Source of the DNA: Takakia lepidozioides
Taxonomy: Eukaryota; Plantae; Bryophyta
Assembly (NCBI GenBank): GCA_030704615.1
Contig: CM060732.1
Coordinates: 44,330,001 to 44,394,000 of the forward strand
DNA length: 64,000 nucleotides
Direction: 5' to 3'
Both the position numbers and the translations under genes were made by a program. Shown here one piece after another: positions 51,200 through 61,645 of this stretch (the stretch's first letter is position 1; each line of letters opens with the position of its first letter). The notes beneath the pieces are model-generated. The model did not search any database and had not been told where the DNA came from. It saw only the letters and a list, made by a program, of their open reading frames with translations.

Positions 51200-53110
51200 T
51201 GACATCCACTTGATCCAGGGTTGCCTTCACATACATATCCACCAAGGCAGTGTTTAGAGTGACATCTAGTGATACAATTCCAGCTTTGACGATGTCACCA
51301 TGGACCTTTGTGCCCTTTTTAGGGCTGCCAGGGTCACATTTGCCATAGATGTACACCAAGGGAATGTTCAGAATGACATCTGGTACAATTCCAGCTTTGA
51401 TAATGTCACCATGAACCTCTTTGCCCCTTCCCAGGGCTGCTAGGCTCGCATACGCACATTACAAACACAAATGAATATGACCTGGTCTGGCTTCATCCCT
51501 TCCCACATCATTTGCTCTTATTTTTCCAAAGCCTTAATCCCATACCCATGCTGCACATACCTTGCAATCATGGCACTCCAAAACACCACATCTCGTTCAG
51601 CCATATTGTCGAACTCTCCCTTCGCATCAGGCTTGCAGCACCCACATTTGGCATACATGTCCACCATGGCAGTGTTCAGAATGACATCTGGTACAATCCA
51701 GCTTTGACGATGTCACCATGGACCTCTTTCCCCTTTTCCAGAGTTCCCAGGCTTGCACACGCATTGCAAACACAAACAAACGTGATGTGGTTGGGCTTCA
51801 CCCTTCGCGCAGCAGTTGCTCATAGGTCTCCAAAGCATTCCTGCCACACCTATCCTTGGTAAATCCTGCCAACATTATATTCCAAGATCGTTGAGGCACT
51901 CTGTGGAAAACTTGGTGAGCATCCATGACGCTCCCACACTTAACATACATGTTGGCAAGGGTGTTGAGTAGAAAAACATTTGGCACGAAGCCACTTTGGA
52001 TAATGTGAGTGTGCACTTGTTTCCAGCTTCCAGACCTTTCATCTTGATGCACTTAAGCAAGAGACAGACATACGTATCTGAATCTGCTGAAATGCCTCGT
52101 TGGTTTAAAGTCTGTAGAGCTTCTGTCAGTCTGCCTGCCTCACAAAGCCTCTTCACATGCTTAGCATCCTTGCCTTGCTGCTAGCACCTGACAATGACAG
52201 CCTAGATTTGTTCTAGGAAACACCCAACTCAACTTATCACATTAGTTCACTATGGTCAATTGCATCTACTAGTCTCTGTAATCCAGCAGGCATTCACCTT
52301 TTTGCCTCGATTGTCCCACCATTGACTGGGGTCAGAAAAGTATTCATTCCACAGCTTCTCCTCGTCTCAGCTGTTACCTGATACTTCCTTGTTGTCACAT
52401 TGGCAGTAAGTCGCTCCAAACTATCAAAGGCTCACTCAACCAGCTAACTTGCAGAATTCAACATGAAAATTTAGGGCCGATTTTGATAAGAGGGAAAAAC
52501 AGGGTGAAATGTGTTGAAGAAGGCGCCTTCATTAGCAGTGCTTGAGTATATCATTGTGCCGCTGCTGCTGCGACTTCCAGTTGACCATTTATCCATGCAG
52601 GTTTCTTGTAGCTATTGATCCATCTGGTACATTTCCAGCTTTGGTGATGCAACCATGCACCTCTTTGCCCTTTTCTAGGGCTGCCAGGCTTGCACATGCA
52701 CTGCACGCACACAAACATGATGTGGTCGAGCTTCACCCCTTCCCCCATCATTTGCTTTCAGGTCTCCAAAGCCCCATCCGGCGCCCCTGCTCTGCACACC
52801 CTGTAAGCATTGCGTTCTACGACACCACATCTCATTCAGCCATAGCGTTGAACACTGCCTTGGCATCCTCGATGCACCCACATTTGGCCACCAGGGCAGG
52901 GGCAGTGTTCAGAATGACATCTGGTAATCTGACCGACGATCAACCCAAAAGGACGTCTTATGTGTGCTGTTTGTGTTTGTAGTCAGGTAATGTCAGGTTT
53001 GTCCATGAGAACCACCACGGAGCAGCTGAGCGAACAGAGATTGAAACACGGCCTGCTAAGACCAAGCTGACTCTCCCAAGAACCTTGTAAACATCAGGAA
53101 GAATACCAAA
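51200..53110 (-). pseudogene. Captured PPR and PDF fragments in CACTA B
   Basis: LCEAGRLTEALQTLNQRGISADSDTYVCLLLKC, NTLANMYVKCGSVMDAHQVF, DEEKLWNEYFSDPSQWWDNRGKK|gt (~52295-52365) and WINSYKKPAWINGQL. Confidence 0.85.
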
Positions 53111-53192
53111 TCATGGTACTAACAGGAGCCAAAAGCCCACATTTGCAGGATGGACAAATTTCTTCACATCCTACATTAAGAAAAAGCCACAC

Positions 53193-53810
53193 CTTGCGAT
53201 TGCGATTGTTCCACCATCGTGAAGGATCTGTAAGAAATTCATGCCAGCTCTGCTCCGTGCTGCAAATTCAGGGAACAAAAACAGTCAGAGAAGCAGGTCA
53301 CATTTTATTTGGAGGCACAGATATTTGAAGTCGAAGGTCAATAATATATGGAGGAGTTAACTAGATGTGGTTAAAGATTTCCAGAATGATTTCCCAATGA
53401 TTTCAAGACCACACTGTTCGTTCATAGTTCATACATAACTTTTTAGGGAGAGACACCAAAAGAGAAAACTCCATTCCAGGGTTAGCCAAGGTACAATAAG
53501 CTTGAAAGCCAAACACTGACTTCATGTGCATGTGACTTTGCTAAGAAACATTTGGTAACACATGAAAAGTTTTCCAGCCACCAGTTGAACCAAAGAGAAT
53601 GACCCCATCAGTGTGACTCACCAAAATTGACTACTCTGATATGTGAAATCTACACTTTCACAACATATTTTCGCAAGGGGAATCACGCCTCTTTCTTCTT
53701 CTGTTTCTCTGTTTTCAAAGAAGCCTGCAACCATCTCAACCCATTCTTCGTTATGACGTGAAATAAGATATATTACATGCTCAGCAGGGCCTTTGGAAAA
53801 CAACTGCCAT
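53193..53810 (-). pseudogene. Captured OSB-like gene piece: two exons, the second a PDF half-motif
   Basis: An exon ending at 53622 (..CCESVDFTYQSSQF tg|gtgagt) splices in phase to exon 53259-53193 (ttgcag|c TEQSWHEFLTDPSRWWNNRNRK|gtgtgg). Confidence 0.6.
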
Positions 53811-54049
53811 CACATGGAAAACTACTGCTGCAAAACAATGAAGCATTAACTGAAAAGTGCTGGGCAAATCAAGGAAGAGAGATCCAGCCATGGATGAGTT
53901 ACCAGGACTAAGAGCCCATTTCTCCCTACTTGCTCATGGCTGCTAATATAGTTACAATTCCAAGGACACAATACCTACATCTGCAGACTCAAGATGGGGC
54001 ATGCATCATTACAGGGGGCACGTGAAGTAAAAAACCCTAACTGGCCATA

Positions 54050-54140
54050 CATTTTGGACAGCTTATTTGGTGCGCCACCCGTCACCTTCGCCACTCTCAG
54101 AAGAGCAAGCTCTGCCTTTAGCTCCTTCAACTGTGCCCAC
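54050..54140 (-). pseudogene. RPL35: Captured 60S ribosomal protein L35 (uL29) exon fragment
   Basis: [27 protein letters not shown] followed by a GT donor. Confidence 0.85.
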
Positions 54141-54384
54141 AACGATAGTCCCCTGTGCATAGCATCAGGTGTCTGTTTCATTCCAAAAGACATCGTCACT
54201 ACCAAAAGTTTTAGCCTGACCTTATTGATGAGAGGGCAAAACTGGCTGAAAATAGGTCAAAGAAGAAGGTGCCCTCACCACATTGTCCTCGTCCTTGTGT
54301 CATGACCCATGGAGGATTTGACTGACCATGAACCCAATCGGACCTCTTGTGTGTGCTGCTTGTGTCTGTAGTCCGGTAATGTCG

Positions 54385-54770
54385 GATTGGTCCATGAGAA
54401 CCACCACGGTGCAGCTGAGCGAGCAGAGATTGAAACACGACCTATTAAGACCAACCTGGCGAGGAGCGGATTGCCATGAGAACCACCACGGTGCAGCTGA
54501 GCAAACAGAGATTGAAACACGACCTGCTAAGAAATCCGCTCCTCGACAACCACCACGGTGCAGCTGAGCGAGCAGAGATTGAAGCACGACCTGCTAAGAC
54601 CAACCTGGCGAGGAGCGGATTGGTCCATGAGAACCACCACGGTGCAGCTGAGCGAGCAGAGATTGAAGCACGACCTGCTAAGACCAACCTGGCGAGGAGC
54701 GGATTGGTCCATGAGAACCACCACGGTGCAGCTGAGCGAGCAGAGATTGAAACATGACCTGCTAAGACCC
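54385..54770. repeat. 84-bp tandem repeat (~5 units) derived from a degenerate PDF region
   Basis: ccatgagaaccaccacggtgcagctgagc at 54392, 54474, 54625 and 54709, plus a shortened unit near 54548. Confidence 0.9.
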
Positions 54771-55761
54771 ACACGAGGACATAGTGCGCGCAGCAGCGAT
54801 AGGGCTTAGTGGGGCTTAGTGCATGAGGGGAAAAAAACACTACGTGACGAATTTGAAACCGCGGCGGTTAGGGAGAGCCCTTACCAGTAAGCTACATACA
54901 CCCATTTGAATTAGCCTTCTAAAAGTATGTATATATACTTTTGTAAATTTTCCAGCATCTTAATATATACATAGTTTGTATGTGGGGGTATTAAATTAAC
55001 CCCCTTCTATTCACGCACTTGATAGGTCTCTTGATGGATGAATGTATTCAGAGATAGCTGGATTTTGGGTTTTCTATCAATCTATGCGTTCATACATTCA
55101 TCCAATAGTTGCTTTATCATTCATTCATACGTTCATCCAGTGCGCAAAAATTATGTTTGATACATTCATCCAATAGCTGCCAGCAAGGCGTTTTGTTTAT
55201 CATTCGTTCACATAATTCAGTTGTTTTTGTTTCACTAACATTAACCAGCACACGATTAGTTTAATATTAATGTGATGGGTCAGTAAAAAACTAGTTAAAT
55301 GTTTTTACTTCTTATTATCCACATATATATATTGCTATATAATATATATTGTGATTACACGTGCCATTATTTAAGTGGTTGTCTCAGTCAGCTCACTTTA
55401 GATAGTCAAAGTCTCTCACTACAGTCAAAAATTTTGCGATTGTCTAGCACTTCGAATATTTTAATATAAATTTTGACTGCAAAATGGTTGGAACAGTCGA
55501 AAGTGACAACAGTCAACGCCAGCGTCAAACTAAATCGTCGAAATTACATAAGGTGTGTTGTAGTGTGGTGGAGGGTCTGTTGGGGGAGTAAAAGGGGACC
55601 ATTATGTCCCGGTGAGCAGCCGAAGCTCCGAGTGGGCCCGGCGGCCAGTTTGGGAGTTAGGCGCGCGCATCAAAGCGAGTAACTATGACTTGAAGATGCC
55701 GAAGTAAGATGCGCACAATAAGTCCATAGGTTGATATTTTGGCTTTTGAATTCCATTTGAT

Positions 55762-57870
55762 AGGTATCAATGCTGCTACGGACCCGACAACAAGTGCACA
55801 GTCAATGCAACTGTCGACGATCCAAAACAAAAACGTGGAGGTCCGGGTGTGGGTGCTGGCACTAAACACCCGCATAAAGGCCCAAGAGGAAAGAAGTCGA
55901 ACTACGGAGAGTCGTACAAGCGCGGGTGCCTTTGTTGTTTCAAAGTGCAACAATCTTATCTTGCACCGGACATTTGTGTCCTCACATACTACAACAACAT
56001 GGAGCACGTGGATGCCCTAGGGAAACCCTCCCATGGCAAGACCGCAGAGTTCAGGAACACATGGGCAGCCTACGCACCCCGCATTAGCGAGGAATTGAAA
56101 GCCTGGGTCGTTGAGTGTTTGTGCCGAGACCTCACGATCATACAAATCATGATGGAACACAAGGAGCACGTCATGAACAACATAGGTTTGGGAGATGCAC
56201 GGATACGTGATGATTTCCTCCTCGAGCAAGATGTCCGCAACATGGCTGAGAAACGGGCGTGGCAGACGTTCAAAAAGCATGCCAACGATGCCGACAGCGT
56301 CCGCATGTGGAAAGACTTGAACCCCGCATCAGTCTTCTTCTATCGAGAAGAAACATTGGCGCCAACCTTCAAGCATTACGATGGAGATTTGACATTCACT
56401 ATTGGCATTCAAACTGAGTGGCAGAAGCAGAGAATGCTTCAATTGGGACATGTGCGTATCGTTGCATGCGATGCAACCTTCGGGACAAATCACCACAAGG
56501 TACGATTCATCCCTCTTACCATTTCTGCAAATCAATTGTTCGTAGGATGTTGTACATTGGAACCAACTAACATAGTGACAGAGTGCATCTGAATAGTTCC
56601 CATTGTACACGTTGATGGTTTTCGACGAGTGGCTGAACGGTATACCAGTTGCTTACATCATATCCGCCAGGAATAGGACAACAAACGTGGTGCCGTGGAT
56701 GACAGCCTTGCGTGACCGACTCCACGCAAATATGCCGACCTGACGACCTAATGCTTTCATTGTCGATGATGCGGACGCTGAAATGAACGCTATAAGGTGA
56801 GTCTTCCATACCTCAACAGACACCCACTGTCGAAGTCCTCTGGCATGCAATTGTTGTCATAGTGTGCTTTGGCAGAGTCTGTGGCAGAGTCGTGTGCGAC
56901 AGTTCCCTGAGAGACTCGCATGCGCAAGTCTGCTGGCAGACTGGACTCGGACCAAGTCGCGTGGGCAAGCCCGCCTCGCCCGACCAAGTCGTTTGCAGAC
57001 TTGCCCGGCCAAGTCCGCCAGAAGACTCGCAGGGGTGAGTCTGCTGGCACCCTTCATGGGTCTACTGGCAGACTTGGGAGGGGAAGTTGGCCCGCCAGAC
57101 CCGTAGGCAGTGTCTTGCGACCAAGTTCATTTAGGGGTTGGTGTGGAGTCTGCTTTGGGCTACTCGGCTGGCAGACACGCCTGCGCCAGTACCTTGGCAG
57201 ACTCGCATGCGCGAGTCCGCTGGCAGACTCGACTCGGAGAGTCCGCTGCACACTCGTGTGGGCGAGTCCGCTTGCAGTCAATGGACCAACTCCGCTGGCA
57301 GACTTGCGTGGGCGAGTCCGCTGGTACACTGAACGGGCCGAGTTTGCTGGCAGACTCGCCAGGCGGTGTCTGCCACAAGACTCGCAGGGCCGAGTCCGCT
57401 AGCACGCTTCATGGGTCTGCTAGCAGACTTGGGAGGGGAAGTCAGCCCGCCACACCCGCAGGCAGTGTCTTACCACCAAGTCGGTTTAGGGGTTGGTGTG
57501 AAGTCTGTTGGAGGTCTCCAGCACTCGGTTGGTGTCCACCGACTGGGGTTCCCTCTGAAGTGCCTCATGTGGATGTGTTATGTGCAGGGTTGCTTTCAAA
57601 GGAGTCCTTATTTTCCTGTGCCTTTGGCATGTCCGCAAGGCATGGGTAAAGCAATCATGCCAGAAGACCAAAGATCTCGTCACTGCAGCAAACGTGTTGA
57701 AGGATATGGGAGACCTCATGTATTGTAGAGGTGGACCAAGCGATCCCAAAAAAACGCTTCTATGGGTCGCCAAAACAATCAGGGACATGAGAAAGAAATA
57801 TCGGAATGCCCGGGAATTTTTTATAGCACATCGACAAGGAATGGTCTCCTAAAATAACAATGTGGTGTAT
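55762..57870 (+). pseudogene. MULE transposase, middle exons (inverted relative to exon 1)
   Basis: YQCCYGP, KRGCLCCF, ACDATFGTNHHK|gt, ag|xPLYTLMVFDEWLNGIPVAYII..FIVDDADAE, CLWHVRKAW. The intron ~56800-57587 is filled with ggcagact/gagtccgc repeats. Confidence 0.85.
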
Positions 57871-58360
57871 TGTTCCGAACGCCGTGCCACATGCACGCAC
57901 TATGAGTCCATCTTGCAAGTCGGGATGAAGCAACTTCAACACTTTCACTTGGTGTTTGCACAAATTGCCTTTCATTGCCCATGGGCAAGTGCAAGAAGCC
58001 CAATCCGATCCAAGGTTGTAAACAATGTAGGTTGTGTCTGGGTGATTGCTGCTTAGCACATACGCTGGTTGTCCTTCCACCAAGGGTAGAGTCACATTGC
58101 TCGCTGGAATGTCCCTAGCCACTAGCACAAAGCTAGATATGTACTTTTCCTATTTGTCATTGCGTATGAACCCATGCGTCTTCAAATGAATTGCGTACCA
58201 GTAGTGTGTGAGTACACGGCCCGTGAGTTCCCATATTAGCCAATCGACTCTTCGACTAGTCATTTTGTCTTTCCTCATCCTCAGTCTAGCCTTCAAGTTT
58301 CCATGGTATGCCTCAATGCTAGCATTTGTGTCTTGACTGGCATGTATTGTCGTCAACAGG
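57870..58360 (-). pseudogene. MULE transposase C-terminal part with SWIM zinc finger (re-inverted)
   Basis: HASQDTNASIEAYHGNLK..RRVDWLIWELT and CTCPWAMKGNLCKH. Confidence 0.85.
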
Positions 58361-58623
58361 TCGGAAAGGTTTTGCTGCACGAGGATGTAGCATCCCAGAA
58401 ACACTTTTGGCCAGGATATCAATAAGCTGCCCTCTACAGATTCAAAAGCAAGATAGCACATGTGTCTCGAGGTACTTGTCATCATCCACAATATGAAGTA
58501 TATCTGACCATTCTTCGGCCATACTCAGTAGGACGTAGACGGGTTCCTCGAGGGGTGGGAAGTCACAATCCTCCACAGGTCTGTCTATCGCACCAACCTC
58601 CCATGCGACAGTCGTTTTATCCA

Positions 58624-59163
58624 ACTCCCCAGCAGACCCTCCACCAATTTGGGCCTAGTGGAAATTCCCTTTGGTAGGCAGTCCAGAATAGCTCCCCACT
58701 CCTTGGTCGCTTTCCGGCTCGCTCGCTTACTCACTAGTTTTTTGTCACCAACGGGCTTGCACCGTTCTCGGGGTTACTACACCCTATATATACTTCTGTG
58801 ACTGTCCGCGGGGGTTTCACAAACAACCTTGCCATTTTATGGCAAACCACCACGAAGACCCTCGATTCCCGGTGATGAGTCGCGGTGAGTCTTGGCCCAC
58901 CCATCACGGCCCCATTGGACCGTGATGAGTCCCAAGACTCCCACGACTCCCACCACAAGGTCTCCGCCCCATGGTGAGTTCTATGCCACCCCCACCGCAA
59001 CCCGGTATGCGGGGCTCCACCTAGTGAGCGCCTCCGCCTCCTTGAGTGTCTTGGGCACTCAAGGGTGCTTCAGCCCCCGCATCTATTGTTGCCACTGCCC
59101 CCACCACAGGGGCAGCCCCTCTCGTGTCCCGACCCCCTGCCCTCAAGGCAAAGGGCCGCGACA
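58624..59163 (-). mobile_element. Truncated 5' LTR of Gypsy 2
   Basis: Same LTR family; flanked by CTTAT (ATAAG on the minus strand). Shares the ccaccaatttgggcctagtgg variant with the copy-2 3' LTR, not with copy 1. Confidence 0.88.
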
Positions 59164-59239
59164 CTTATGGAAGCCACAGTCGGAGACAAATACACTTCAT
59201 AACAACAATGCAGTGACATCCCTAAACCACAATGAGGAT

Positions 59240-59600
59240 GGTGCACACAGGATACTGCTCAAGAAGGTGTTCCCTCTGGGAGCTTTCCGCACTCCGACGT
59301 CCACTTTACTGTGCACATGTATCCAATATTGAGTGGGGCAGTCCTCCACACTCTCCTCTCCATGGACGAAGTCCGCAATTCTATCCCAAGGTATACATGC
59401 ATTTTTAACACGCACTTGCACCCCCTAAACCCATCTTGCGTTTCACACTTCCAATGGATGCCCTTATTGTTGAAAGGTCCTGGTTTTGGTGTTTACAAAC
59501 TTTGTTGAAGAGGGTGTCAAATTGCTGCATGTCGTCGGCTTCCGCTCCTACGTCCATGCCCTGTACAGTGCAGAACACACGCTCCAGAACCTGCAACGAA
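59240..59600 (-). pseudogene. MULE transposase first exon
   Basis: ..VRVKNACIPWDRIADFVHGEESVEDCPTQY..; the IPWxRxxDFxxGE pattern is typical of this SWIM-MULE clade. Confidence 0.65.
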
Positions 59601-61645
59601 AGCGCCGCAGGACACGATGGAGAACGTGCACGGAGAAACATGACCCACGTTTACAGCTGGTGGCAGATGGCAGGCGGCATAGATAAGGCCCTAAATTGGA
59701 GGGCTGCGATGGGATTCGTCCTGGACGGTCCAGATCTTGCAGGCGGGCGGACACACAGACATGCTGACTAGCGGGAGCGGACCCGCCCAAGCGGACGGAT
59801 CCCGAGAGGGGCAGCCGCGGCGGGCGGGTGCGGGTTTGGGGGGGGGGGCCGTCGTCCGGACGATGGGCCCACCGTCCTTCTCGCACGCTTGTGTTCATGA
59901 CCCTATTATTGTAAAATGAGAGGCGTTCTTCAATATGTACAAAACACAAAAAAAACAATTTAGGGTAAAAGAGAAAATTGATAAGATATTGCATAATATT
60001 TTGGTGTTAATTTCCAGAGGAGGTTTGAGATAAAAAAAAGCACATTGGCTGGTAGCTCAGCTAGTAACCCGCTGCCCTGCCCCGCCCTGCCCCGTGTGGG
60101 ATTGTTCGTGACGGTACGTCTGGGCGTTGATCGTCCTGTAGGTCTCATGGTCCATAAATGAAAGGGGGTTAATCTTTCCCCCTCCTCAAGGGCCTGAATT
60201 GTGGGCTGTAGCTCCCAGGTTTCCTTTTTTTTTTTTTTTTTTTTTTTTTTATTTCCCCCCTCAAGGACCTAAATGTGGGCAGGTTTCCTTATATATATAT
60301 ATATATATATATAGGCGAGATCTGAAGAGGTATTGTTTTATATACCCTGATTAGATATACCCTTCATTTTAACATATACCCTTTAGAAAAGTATGGTATA
60401 TTGAGAGTCTTGATGCAGGTAAATATAAGGATAAGGGTATATCATAAAAATATACCCTGATATATACCTAAACTTGCCATATATATATAAATTCGGCGGG
60501 TATATCAGGGTAATTTATATACCCGCCCAACACTGGTTGGGACTTAGTACCTCAATGTATTGATTATGTAATTTTATTTTCCGAGTTGAATTCCTGAGGA
60601 TGTGTTTATCATAGTGTTAGGAAACAAGATGGTGGCTATGCACACACATGTTTTGCTTGCAGCTTCCCACAGCCAGGGAAGAAATCTTTCCCTCTCCAAC
60701 CAGGTTGGGAAAAGGAAGTCTCCTAGCCGTTCTTCTGTGGTTGTCACACTGTCACACTCGCATACATGTACCTAAGATGACAGGTCATATGACTCCCAAT
60801 GGTCAGGTACCCCAACTCCACACTCAGGTGAAGTTGTCAGGTACCCCGCACCCGGGTACCTGGCTGGAGTGTGGTCTCAAGCTGGAAACCATAGCCAGGC
60901 TCCCCTAACATAATATCCTAGAGTACTACTTACCACCATCATGTGTGGGTGTCCATCCAAAAGATTCTTAGCCATCCACAAACTCTAGTCAGATTTTGCT
61001 GATTTCTGAGGCCCTTAATCCAACATACATGGTGTCCAGTCAGGATAAGTGTCTGAGTATGGAAGTAGTTCTTGGTATCAGACATGAGCAGAGCAATTGA
61101 GACGAGCGGAGGAGTTGAAGAGCCCTCCATAACTGTTCAGACACCATTGAGAAGGAACACTGGGGCCATTATGCTATGATCAAGATCTGATCAAGATTTA
61201 GATTTGTATTTCACAACTAATAATAAGTGCTAATACAAGCTGATAAATCACTTCCTCGCCCAAGTGCTGTGATAGAATCCACAGTACAGTAGTAACCTGG
61301 ACAAGAATCATCATCCTTCTTCACTTTCTAGTTTCCCGGGTAGACCTGACCTGCACATTGCAAAACACCCTCATGTGCTCTAAGGACTCAAAGTACACGA
61401 AGTAGTATAGCCTCTGTCATCTATTCACAAATATGCAACATAAGTAGAGATGAAATGCCCATAAGAATTTCTGGCTTTTGCTCAGACGCACCGTGTTAAC
61501 ATGGCCATGGGTCTCCCACACCCCCCCCCCCCCCCCCCCCACCTGTACTGGTCACTGATCTACATACTCTCTTCGAGAGTGGCTTTAGACCTACACAAAT
61601 CTGGGTGTTGATAAGCTATGAATGACTACACCTCCTAAACCCAAC

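Larger units (their letters stand above)
50344..55565. mobile_element. Non-autonomous CACTA element B (Pack-CACTA) inserted in the Gypsy 2 LTR
   Basis: CACTACAA..TTGTAGTG ends; 3-bp TSD TGG; removing the element restores the LTR (aaattgg|tggagggtctg). Carries gene fragments and no transposase. Confidence 0.92.
45424..55717 (+). mobile_element. Ty3/Gypsy chromovirus copy 2: pol plus 3' LTR (LTR 49775-50343 and 55566-55717, split by CACTA B)
   Basis: Protease LLVDTGAS, RT YIDD, RNase H, integrase and chromodomain; same family as copy 1; followed by ATAAG at 55718-55722. Confidence 0.93.
41840..59924. mobile_element. Mutator-like element (MULE) with ~220-bp TIRs and a SWIM transposase
   Basis: 41840-42064 is the inverted complement of 59681-59924, and a transposase lies inside. 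No clean TSD is visible. Confidence 0.82.
41610..60535. mobile_element. hAT-type non-autonomous element (outer shell of the nest)
   Basis: TIRs CAGTGTTGTGCGGGTATAT / ATATACCCGCCCAACACTG; perfect 8-bp TSD GTTGGGAC (41602-41609 and 60536-60543); ataccc/gggtat subterminal repeats at both ends. Confidence 0.9.

Noticed and set aside
56860-57580. Multiple overlapping ORFs up to 179 aa
   Set aside because: They are a by-product of GC-rich short repeats within a transposase intron.
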